Shown here one piece after another: positions 12,745 through 22,725 of a stretch of 64,000 nucleotides of DNA. The DNA is taken from the NCBI GenBank assembly GCA_024346625.1, contig AP024664.1:3596001-3660000 (forward strand). Reading direction: 5' to 3'. The notes under the pieces were generated by a model. The model worked only from the letters and a program-made list of their open reading frames with translations, was not told the origin of the DNA and did not search any database. The position numbers and the translations under genes are program-made. Source of the DNA: Williopsis jadinii (taxonomy: Eukaryota). Position 1 is the first letter of the stretch. Each line of letters begins with the position of its first letter.

Positions 12745-14001
12745 TTAACTAATCTTGACGCCATTGACTCTTCCATGCTTCAAGCAGTTGAAGCATTCGC
12801 ACTCATCGGGTGCACAGCCACAGTCGTGTGCCTCTATAGCGTTGTAGAACGCATCAATAGAGGCCTGTGACGGTAATATGGGCGCCGGCTCTATAGATGC
12901 CGATTCCACGGGAGAAGCATTCGTAGACGCTAGGCCTTGCTCACTTTGCCTCACTCCGTTGATTATTCCATGCTTTACACAGTTGTAACAGGAACAGTCA
13001 TCTGAGCATATGCACGAAGCTTCCAAGAGTCCTTCGAAATCGAGCTCAGTCATTGTTTGGAAATTGATAAGACTTGCAGGTATGTCTGTGTTGGCTGTGT
13101 CTGGTAAGTCTTGCTTTGTGCTTGGAGTTGATGCGGTGCTCGACGGGTCCAGGAGCCCGTACGCTTCCAGCTCTTCGTTGGTTCTATGTATCAGGCATCC
13201 AGGACATGAGCATTCAGGCCCACAGTGGCACTCACTCGCACAGCCTTCACTCCTGAACATGTCGTAGAACCGTTCATCAATGATGGGGAATGCAACAGGG
13301 AGATGCTGTTGTTGCGGTTGAAGTGGTGGTCGCTGTTGTTGCGGGTAAGATAAAGCAGTGTTGGGTAGCAGTGGAACTATTGAGTCATTTGGAAGCGGTC
13401 TCGGCTCTATATACACAAAGTTGTTGTTCAGTGCGGGTGCTTTCACCTTCAGTGTCTTCAACGGTTGCAGAGCAGAGTGCATCATCATACTCTGGCACGC
13501 TGCTCCAGGGGTGTGCCTGATGCTTGAGGCCCTCCCCAGGCCAACCCGAAACTTCTTCATTGCTTGGTCGTTGTGGCAATCACCCACAAAGTCCAGCTTC
13601 CCGTCGTTAACATCAACATATTGTCTCTTCGACGCTTTGAGTATAATGACACTATCACCGTTACAACTACACGACGACGACTTGTTTTTGCACGAACAGC
13701 TCTTGGGTACCTCCTTCACCGCTGCTTGTTTCTTCTTCGCACAACAACTCGATACCGGCTTCTTCTCTGCTGGCTGGACACCGTCCTCTTTGGCGGCATC
13801 CAGGTCCGCCTGCAAAATCACCTGGTCCTTCGTCATCACCAGCTCGCTCTCCGTGACAGCAATACGGTGCCCCGCATTAAGCGAAGGCCGTCCTCGACTG
13901 CGCACTTGTACCAAGGGTCTTAACGTGTGCTTACAGGTTGAAGACCGATGCCCACGAATACACTGCACACATGCGTACTTTTCCCCATCAACGAGAATCA
14001 T
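12745..14001 (-). CDS. MAC1: Copper-fist transcription factor, Mac1-like
   Basis: N-terminal copper fist (KYACVQCIRGHRSSTCKH...RGRP) and C-terminal CxCxxxCxCxxCxxH repeats. Confidence 0.8.
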   Translation of the reverse strand: MILVDGEKYACVQCIRGHRSSTCKHTLRPLVQVRSRGRPSLNAGHRIAVTESELVMTKDQVILQADLDAAKEDGVQPAEKKPVSSCCAKKKQAAVKEVPKSCSCKNKSSSCSCNGDSVIILKASKRQYVDVNDGKLDFVGDCHNDQAMKKFRVGLGRASSIRHTPGAACQSMMMHSALQPLKTLKVKAPALNNNFVYIEPRPLPNDSIVPLLPNTALSYPQQQRPPLQPQQQHLPVAFPIIDERFYDMFRSEGCASECHCGPECSCPGCLIHRTNEELEAYGLLDPSSTASTPSTKQDLPDTANTDIPASLINFQTMTELDFEGLLEASCICSDDCSCYNCVKHGIINGVRQSEQGLASTNASPVESASIEPAPILPSQASIDAFYNAIEAHDCGCAPDECECFNCLKHGRVNGVKIS

Positions 14002-14669
14002 TACACAACAGTGAACTTATACCTTATCTCAAGATGGCCCGACCGTGAACAAAATGGAAGTAAATAAAAACTCTTGTCCTGCTCCACTCCACCTCAACAG
14101 GCTGTAACGGGGTCGATTGTTCCCTTGTATTTATCTTCTCATACCCTATGTGTTTTTTTTCTATGTTTCACAGCGCTGTGAGGCCCATAGAAAAATCTTG
14201 TGTGTAATAGCGCATTAGTCGATGAGCAAATTTTACCGCGTTAGGAACGTTTGGTGTCGACGCGAGCGCGGAGAAAATGGCTGATTTGCAGCGGCGACTG
14301 ACGATGTCGCCGGCGAGGTTCGAACCAGGAACAGAAATACCGCTCATGCGTTTTAGCGGTTGTCAAACTATAACTCCGACACAGTTGATGCTCTTACAAG
14401 TTTTGCAAGCAACAGTACGTCGCATTGCGTTTGACGGGACTGATGAAGTGAGGACGTTTTTTCTCTTTCGAGATGACATTGGGTGGTGTATTATGCCCTT
14501 AGAGGTTGGTCCATCTGATCAGCTGACACGACGAAATGGCTATATGAGTTTTCATTCCTTTTCACCTTTGCTCTGTGGTTGAGCAGGTACTTAAAGCGGT
14601 GAGGAGTGTGTGTAGAAGAGCAGGACAGCACGCACGCTTTGTATAGATAGGCCAATCGTCGTTTCAAAG

Positions 14670-16286
14670 ATGTCGACATTTTCGTTGAAGGAGAGAAAAT
14701 CGTTCAACGTTGAAGAAGACTTGACATCGGACTCGTACTCCAAACAGGACCTGAGAACACCATGGTCCTTCTTGACGAGGATCTCCGCGTTCCTCGAGTC
14801 CATGGGTGTGGAACAAAGAGGTATCCACCGTATACAACCCCATGAGCGTGGAACAAAGAGAGAGCAGTTCATCTCGGCAATCGGGTTCTGGCTGTCTGCA
14901 GCAGGTGGGTTAACAACTCTTTCGAGTTTTGTGCTTGCATCTACAGTCTACAACTTGTCCTTCAGACAAGCATGTATCTGCGGTATTATAGGCCAGTTTC
15001 TCGGGTGTGCCATCGCTGCATACTGCTCAACAATGGGATCAAGAAGTGGTTGTAGACAGATGGTTACAGCTCGTTACCTCTTTGGCTGGTGGTTTGTCAA
15101 GTTTGTGTCACTGATAGGGTGCCTTGGTGGTACCGGTTGGAGTATCGTGAACTGTGTTCTTGGTGGCCAGATACTGACTGCCATCAGTGACAGCAGAGTC
15201 CCATTGTGGGTTGGCATATTAATCGTCGCAGCAGTGACGTTGGTGGTGGCGTTGTTTGGTATCAAGTTGGTGCTCAGATTTGAGAAGTACCTGGCCGTCC
15301 CAGTGTTCATAACATTTGTGCTTATCTACATTTCTGCATCTGATAAGTACCACTTGCTGGCCACGTATCATAACGACCTTGATGCAACTACGTACAAGGG
15401 AAATTGGCTTTCGTTCTTCTCACTGACATATTCCGTCACTGCAACTTGGGGTACTGTGTGTTCTGATTACTATATCCAATTCCCAGAGAATACACCTGGT
15501 TACCAGACGTTTATCCTCACGTTCCTAGGAATCGGTATTCCATCGACTTTTGTCGCAGTCTTTGGCTTGATCTTGTCCACTTTGGCAATGGTGGATGAGG
15601 ATTACTCAACGGCATATGCGTTGTACGGTACTGGTGGTTTACTCGAACAGGCGTTTTCACGTTGGGGAGGATTTGGCAAATTCTGTGTCGTTATTATGCT
15701 GTTCTCTCTTGTGTCGAATAATATATGTAACACCTATTCATCTGCTTTTGCCTTCCAACTACTTGGACGTTTCTTTGCAAAGATTCCAAGATGGATCTGG
15801 GTTCTCGTCATCACGGCGATTTACTTCTGTTGTTCCATTGCAGGTCGTTATCACTTCAGTGATTTCTTGGGGAACTTCCTTCCTATGATTGGTTACTGGA
15901 TCTCAATGTACTTCTTCTTACTGCTCGAGGAGAATGTGATATTCAGAGAGCACTTCCACCATCTTTACACCAAAGAGTTTCCTCCAGGCCAAGAGGACAA
16001 AGTTGATGAACTGACACCATCCCACAAGAAAGCAAAGAGACAGCTGTACAACTGGGACGCATGGAACGATCCAAGTATTCTTTCACATGGATTTGCTGGC
16101 GGGTTCGCCTTCTGTTGTGGAATTGCCGGTGCAGTGTTGGGAATGGCCCAAGTTTATTACGTTGGTCCTATCGCTGCACAGTTTGGAGAATATGGAGGTG
16201 ATCTCGGTATGTGGCTGAGTATGGGATTCTGTGGAGTTACTTATCCACTGCTAAGGTATATAGAGTTGAAGAAATTCGGCCGTTAG
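14670..16286 (+). CDS. TPN1: NCS1/purine-cytosine permease family transporter, pyridoxine transporter Tpn1-like
   Basis: RGIHRIQPHERG, GCRQMVTARYLFGWW, GWSIVNCVLGGQIL and C-terminal LRYIELKKFGR; many transmembrane segments. Confidence 0.8.
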   Translation: MSTFSLKERKSFNVEEDLTSDSYSKQDLRTPWSFLTRISAFLESMGVEQRGIHRIQPHERGTKREQFISAIGFWLSAAGGLTTLSSFVLASTVYNLSFRQACICGIIGQFLGCAIAAYCSTMGSRSGCRQMVTARYLFGWWFVKFVSLIGCLGGTGWSIVNCVLGGQILTAISDSRVPLWVGILIVAAVTLVVALFGIKLVLRFEKYLAVPVFITFVLIYISASDKYHLLATYHNDLDATTYKGNWLSFFSLTYSVTATWGTVCSDYYIQFPENTPGYQTFILTFLGIGIPSTFVAVFGLILSTLAMVDEDYSTAYALYGTGGLLEQAFSRWGGFGKFCVVIMLFSLVSNNICNTYSSAFAFQLLGRFFAKIPRWIWVLVITAIYFCCSIAGRYHFSDFLGNFLPMIGYWISMYFFLLLEENVIFREHFHHLYTKEFPPGQEDKVDELTPSHKKAKRQLYNWDAWNDPSILSHGFAGGFAFCCGIAGAVLGMAQVYYVGPIAAQFGEYGGDLGMWLSMGFCGVTYPLLRYIELKKFGR

Positions 16287-16426
16287 TGTACGAGGAGTGG
16301 ATCGTTTATTGGGAATGATATTTCATGAACAACCCTTTGCAAATAAATATGTGACTTCAATGAAATAAATAAAGAATAAATAGAATAAGAGATATACAAA
16401 TGGACACTGCACGGATGACGATAGGT

Positions 16427-17137
16427 TCAGATGTCTGTTCTAGTGACTGTTCTCACGTCGAATGCCTTCTCTCCAAACAGAGATGTCTTCTCACCTTCAG
16501 GTTCACAAGACTTTCTCTTCCCGGCGTACGGACCTGGAACGGCCTTGCCCTGTTTGAAATCTTTCAACACCTGCACTATGCCTTCGCTGGTCAAGTCTTC
16601 GAAATAGATGTTGTTGACTTCAGCGACAGGAGCGTTGGTGCAAGCACCAGAGCATTCAACCTCCTCCAAGGAGTAGTAACCATCAGCGTTGTTGTTCTTC
16701 ACAAAGTCCTTCGCAGCGGCAAAAACATCCTCGGCACCGTGCAACATACAAGCAATGTTAGTACAGACACCAACGTGGCACTTGCCGATTGGCTCTCTTT
16801 GGAACATTGTGTAGAAAGATGCAACTTCGTAAACACGCATTGGCGGAACCTCACAGATCTTAGCAACTTCGTTCATCACACCGATGGAGCAGAACCCGTG
16901 TTGGTGTTGGCCCAAGTCAAGCAAAGGCATGATGGCACCCTTCTTGTACTGTGGCGGATACTTTGCGAGTATCTTCTCAATCTCCTTCTTGTTTTCATCA
17001 TTAAAGGTAAATGGAGTCTTCTGGTTGTTCACTTTAGTGTCTCTATGGACACCCACAATGTGGTGGCTTCTGACAGCGGCAACGTTGGTAGCACGCAGAG
17101 GGAGGGTTCTTGGTACACTGACAAATCTTCTAAGCAT
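16427..17137 (-). CDS. NADH:ubiquinone oxidoreductase (complex I) 24-kDa subunit (NuoE/NDUFV2 family)
   Basis: Mitochondrial presequence; YPPQYKKGAIMPLLDLGQ, VYEVASFYTMF; 2Fe-2S cysteines CTNIAC and CSGAC. Confidence 0.93.
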   Translation of the reverse strand: MLRRFVSVPRTLPLRATNVAAVRSHHIVGVHRDTKVNNQKTPFTFNDENKKEIEKILAKYPPQYKKGAIMPLLDLGQHQHGFCSIGVMNEVAKICEVPPMRVYEVASFYTMFQREPIGKCHVGVCTNIACMLHGAEDVFAAAKDFVKNNNADGYYSLEEVECSGACTNAPVAEVNNIYFEDLTSEGIVQVLKDFKQGKAVPGPYAGKRKSCEPEGEKTSLFGEKAFDVRTVTRTDI

Positions 17138-17749
17138 TCTGTACAGGTAGAGCTTGACTGTGCCTCTTGTTGATGGTTTTGTTCTGTGGTTACTCCTTCA
17201 AGTTTTTTTTCTTTAGCCCCTTGGACAAAGCCCAATTGGTTGATTTTGCTCGTTCCCAGGATTCGCGGGATATTATGTAATCAGGTAGAGGTGGTAGGGG
17301 ACACACAGGACGTGGAAAAGCGTGGAAGGCGTCAAGCTCTTGATACTCGGTGATGAATCCGTGATGAATTCTCGTTTGAATTGAAGGAAACCTGTTGTTG
17401 ATCGAGCATTTTGGAAGATCATGACTAGAAAAGTACATTGGTCAAGCTGGGTGGGATGGAGCAAGCGGGGAGGTGCTTCATGAGTGGATCGCGGGGCCCG
17501 TAACCACACCATGCGCGATAACTGGGAGCTGTAGCCAAACCGTAAGCTGTAGCCAACACCTAAGCATATGTTTCAGCGCTACGGAATCCCACCTGTCCAA
17601 AACATCTCAGCATAGACCGGCACCGGATACTGCACACAGTCTTCTAACGTACATCGTAACTTTCCAGCACAACGTCTATATACATACAACACCGGAACAT
17701 TATATAAAAGAGAAGTGGCTAGATGCATCTAGATTGGTCTTTCATAAAC

Positions 17750-19060
17750 TGTGAGCATCGTGCATAATGAGGAGCACGACATTGTTGGTGTCGACTGATA
17801 CACCTCCCAGTGTAAACAAATAGCCCGATTTATCGTGAATGGTGGTGGAAGCTGCTTCGACTTTGCAAACACGACCCGTTCTACCCAAGATTCAGAGAGC
17901 CTTGTCCCTGCTCTTCAGAAATCAGAGGCCATACAACTTGCGAGCTGTGTACGCTCACGAGCACCTCCAACTGAGAGAGTGCCTATGTGTCATGGACAGA
18001 CTCCCCATCATGGACAGACCCCCACCATTGACCATGTCAACAATCACAAGCAGAACGATTCCAATGTGCCGTAGAAACCACACTCGCCTACTATGTTCTC
18101 CACTCTTAGTGATTCCCGTCCTAATCGATCAACTTGGTTTGATCTCTAAAACGCAGTACATGATACCCGTGTGGTGGAACAGCTCGCGGAGGCTGCATTC
18201 TAGATCGAGGCTTCGATAGCCGAACGTGTTGACGTCTTCAGTGCAGGATTATCTACACTTTTGCCATATCAGTACAAGACTAACTGCAACCCCTCTCCGC
18301 CATATCAGTACAAGCTCTACACACCTAAACCCTATGGGACTTTACAGTTATGTCCAGGCTCTCCAACTAGGCCGGGACGTCGAATAGCCAAGCCCGGCTA
18401 AAAGCGTATCACGCTTATTCCCCTACCCCAGCGTACAATCGGAATGCTCTTTGAGGAGAGATCTAGGCGGCCGCCACCGAAATCAAAGCCTGGGCCCGTC
18501 TCTCTGGCCACGCCAACCCGTAGGCGGGGGATGGGGATTTGCACACTGCACAGAACGAATTGGGCAACCAACAGAGTTCAAGCTTTGTGAGTGCGCAGTG
18601 TGTGCAGCCAGCACGCAAGCGTACACTCACAAAGGGAACAAAAAATAAGGGCCTAGAACAACTATGCATCAAACATCTAGAATGAAATCGGAGGAATTTA
18701 GAGTACGCTTGCTCATTGAAGTCCAGGCAAACAAGCAGGCCGTTGGATTTTAGGAAGAGGTAGGAAAATTTTAGCCTTCTCTTCCGTTTTCCCTTTGCTT
18801 TATAACCGTGACGATTTGACCAACCTCGTCATACTGCCCGTTACTTTCTTCAAGCGGTAATTTCGTCTCAGCCAGCTTGTACAGACGGCCATATTGCACA
18901 TTTGATCTTTGCTACTGTGTTTCTGGTCTGTTTTTTGTGTGTGGTTTGACTGATACATCTGCTTCCAGCAGCGAATAGGAGCTGGAAAACCAAAACAACG
19001 AAATCTTACAGTTACAATTCGGCACTTGGAAAACAAAGGTTGGTGATTTGTTTTTTGATT
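17750..19060 (+). ncRNA. Candidate long structured ncRNA, putative telomerase RNA; boundaries approximate
   Basis: TATATAAA at 17701 with no credible ORF downstream. Many nested helices, a pseudoknot (18542-18634), a three-way junction (18942-18992) and an Sm-like U tract (19045-19058). See findings. Confidence 0.45.
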
Positions 19061-19278
19061 TCGGTTATATATAGACTGTCCTGCTTGTGCTTTCTTTTTG
19101 GCTCTGGTTCTGTTGTTTCAAGGCGATTGTGATAACGGCGTGCAACTGCACTGGAGAGAGCGCGAGATATAGAACGTGCGAGAGAGGGAGAGAGTTGGAA
19201 GGGCAACTGAAGTTCAGCACCACCACCTTTGAAGTCAGCGGACGGCACACCATCGTTTAGCAGCTCCTGTGTTCAACA

Positions 19279-20409
19279 ATGACGGATAGATACTCGGCTA
19301 TAGCAGAAGTGGAACAGGCTGGTTCGATAGTTGATCTGAGCACAAAGTCTAAGCAGCTGAGGCTGTTAGCTCGCAATCCACAGTGGCTGTCGAACTTTGA
19401 TAAGGAACCACTTGAACGGATCGTTGCACTCTTGTTGAAATCGGAAGACCGGGTCGTCGAGCTGGACCTCGTTGCGACTTTAGCGAATATACTCTTCATG
19501 AATGCGAACCTAAGAAATGACCCATCCCCAAGTGGCCTTTTGAGGACGATCCCAAAGCTGTACGCAATGCTCGATCTTGTCAGTGAACGTAGATTCAACT
19601 CAGAGTTACAGTACCAAAACTTCCTACCAATTTTCAGACTATACTTCTTCTTAACACAGAACAAAGTGATCTTACCGGCACTACAGCAATCAGTCTTGAA
19701 GATTAGTGGGAAACTACTCAATTTTGTGACGCTTTCATCACAGGATTCCAGCTCACTCAATAACATCATAATGGAAATTCTGAAGATATTATACTCAGAC
19801 GTTCATCAGCTAGAGGATACCACCGGTATTGATTCTTACTATGTGTTGAGTTGTAATAAGTTTAATCTGTTGTATGCCAAGCTGACAGACACATCCGACG
19901 ATTACGACCAGATCCTGGAGCATTTTGGTAACGTTCTTGTTGCAATTTCCACAGACATTTCAGAAAACTACATGCTAAATAAGGCTTTGTTTGTACGAAA
20001 CCAGGTGAAGCTGTTAAACAAAATACTCTCTAAGCCAATTTCAACGTCTTTGGTACGATACTTACTTACGTTGGAATTACTGCTACAAATTGATAATGGA
20101 GAAAGTGGATTGGAGAAGTACATAAAGGACAACCTGAACTTTGATGCCTTCCGTTCAATCCACAATGATCCACATCTACCGGTTGTGTTGGCTGACTTGG
20201 AACACAAGCTACATAGTTCCATGGATTTGACGCAAATTTTGGAAAATAGTACAGAGTATCAACACAAGGCTCACAGCCAACCAAGTGGAGAAACGAGACC
20301 AAGGTTTGAAGACCTTTCTGAAGAGGAACAGGATAAAGAGATCCAAAAGATGCAGGATATATTTGGTAAGATTGAAAAGAATGGTGTTTTCAATATCCAG
20401 ATGAACTGA
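19279..20409 (+). CDS. Ric8/synembryn-like G-alpha chaperone/GEF (divergent)
   Basis: 376-aa helical ORF. The C-terminus LSEEEQDKEIQKMQDIFGKIEKNGVF resembles the Ric8 terminal motif (M-T/S-EEEKE.EA..L..LF..L.K.G). Confidence 0.6.
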   Translation: MTDRYSAIAEVEQAGSIVDLSTKSKQLRLLARNPQWLSNFDKEPLERIVALLLKSEDRVVELDLVATLANILFMNANLRNDPSPSGLLRTIPKLYAMLDLVSERRFNSELQYQNFLPIFRLYFFLTQNKVILPALQQSVLKISGKLLNFVTLSSQDSSSLNNIIMEILKILYSDVHQLEDTTGIDSYYVLSCNKFNLLYAKLTDTSDDYDQILEHFGNVLVAISTDISENYMLNKALFVRNQVKLLNKILSKPISTSLVRYLLTLELLLQIDNGESGLEKYIKDNLNFDAFRSIHNDPHLPVVLADLEHKLHSSMDLTQILENSTEYQHKAHSQPSGETRPRFEDLSEEEQDKEIQKMQDIFGKIEKNGVFNIQMN

Positions 20410-22725
20410 TAGACATTCGTTACATACATATGAACTTCCCACATTGAAATATACCAGCAATTATGTACTACATACACGATGATGATGACCCATTAATTTT
20501 TCTTTACTATGTAGCAATCGATAGATCAAGCACGCTTGATTTGCTCAGTAGATGACAGTAAGATGGTGCCCATATCGGATAGCACATGGTTTCAGGGCTA
20601 AAATAAACCCTTGCTTCCCCTGGAAATTCTATAACAAAAGCACACATGCACAGTGTGTTAACTTGGCAGACCTTTCCTGGGAACTAGCATCTAAGAATGA
20701 CTTTACGATGACTCTGTCTGCAAATATCATCCGTAATTAAGTGACCTTTGTATTCGCAAGGATCCTAAGATAATGTATCTTGTCAAGACATTCATCACGG
20801 AATGTGTTGTTCACCAGATAATTATCAATTGGTTCATTATTCACGTAAAATATTGACAAACCTGGATCAGTTGATTATTGGACATCTTTAGATTGAAGTG
20901 TTCTAGTGTTCTTTGATATTCTAAGCTGCCAAGTACCAAAGTCTATGGTTTGACCAGATACTAACAGCAGACAGACTAGTAAAGTGGTCTGCGTTGTGAA
21001 TGGAGTAAATATTGCTTGATTTCTTAGCAAGAATAATAAGATGAAATACACAGATTGGATAAAATAATTCCATTCATGGATTAATGATGAATATCTTAAG
21101 CAAGATGTTTATGGGTGGGAGGAGTGCCCTCTTGTTGACGATTCGGATGATTGACTCTTGAGGTGGTGCACTCCCCATATCTTAACTTCTTTCGATATCA
21201 TATATATTGATACTAATGGGAATGGATGACCGCTACGGGAGATACGGAAGAAGTTAATTGAAAGGTATCACTGCTGTGGTATGTATGCATCTGGGATTCA
21301 CTTGAGCAATAACTTGAACAAAATATATAGATTTGTAAGCATTTTGTCCAGGTGCCTAATGATTAACCAGACTTCTGGCTTCTTGGGGAACCAAAGATTT
21401 TTAGTTGATGTTGCCCTATAGACTATTATTCGAATTAATCTGATAACCAGACCTAGCTAATATGTCTGTGTGTTCCAGCAGGCGATCCAGAGTATAATGA
21501 AGGAATATGTTTCTTTAATCTTCTCTCTATTTAAGATTGAAAGCGAACCTTGTTAAAGAGAAAAAACTTGAGCAGTTTCTTGCTTGTATTTTCCAACTAA
21601 TGAAGACTTTCCTTTAAAGGATGACCTATATGATTTGCAAAGTATTTGTGCTTTCTTGAACGAATAGAATACTTCTTTGGAATAGAAAAGATCATCAAAC
21701 ATGCCAACCTTCAACCAAGTCCATACAACGAGTTTAGAATGATGAATGTAAGCAGTAGTCAACGTCAGGTTCAACATTATAAGTCTTTGAAGAACGAAGG
21801 TTGTAGTCCAATCTCTAGAACTTCTATGGCCGCAAATACTAGAAGATTACTGCACTCATGAAACTAAAGCGTCGCTACATAAAGATGAAGTTCCTCCAAT
21901 CACACGGACGTTATTACTTATGACAGCAGGGTTCAATTCTTGATAATACAAGTAACTGACTTCTCCTAGTAATGAGCACTGATCAATGTAACCCTACCAT
22001 TGTTGTGATGAGAGATACTAAGCTTTCTACTATTTGATACAAACTGTAGACGTCAATACCTTGGCTAAGTTTAGTATGCACATCACTGTCTCGCAAGTTT
22101 CATCGAAGACTCACAATTTCGTTAATCGTGCGAAATCTGTAACCAGAGAATAATAATGATTGAAATAAGATAGTATATCATACATAGAGCTGAAGAGCAT
22201 TACTGTGGACTAGGGTCATTGGTTAAAAAACATTCTATAGGGGAAATGAGAGGTCCCATGATAATATAACGTAGTGATACGGACAGGCCTTTCAAAGGTT
22301 AAAGGAAAAGAGCCACTCAGAGACCAAAGTGAAGCATCTAATTCATGTAAAAGGGTACTATGACGTTGTCGATCCACTTGTATACTATCAATAACTGTCT
22401 AACCACTCACCTCACTGATGCCAAAGTTATCTATACCTACTAGATCTAACCGTAACTAGGACAAATACCACATAAAACTGCTCAATAAGTGTGTTTTTGT
22501 TAAGGGCAGCAAACTGCCCACAGCTTTGGCTCAAATTACATCCAGACATCCCCCATTGTGCGTTTCTGTAGTAACCAATTGAAGGAAAAAAGTCTTGTGG
22601 TTCGGGCAACACTTGTTTTTATTTACCTTTCTTGAGCACTCAACGTTGAAGATGTTCTTTTTATCCTCTGCTGCTTGAGCTCGCTACACGTTGTATCTGT
22701 CTCAAAGTGGCTACGATTATCAACC

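Noticed and set aside
16400..17173. 257-aa + strand ORF, and similar antisense ORFs over SER3, ECM29, MAC1 and CIR2
   Set aside because: Shadow ORFs on the opposite strand of well-supported genes.
18624..19030. Minus-strand spliceosomal snRNA (TATTTTTTG Sm-like site plus hairpin)
   Set aside because: No U1 5' end, U2 branch-pairing or U5 loop-1 signature was found; wobble pairs favour the + strand.
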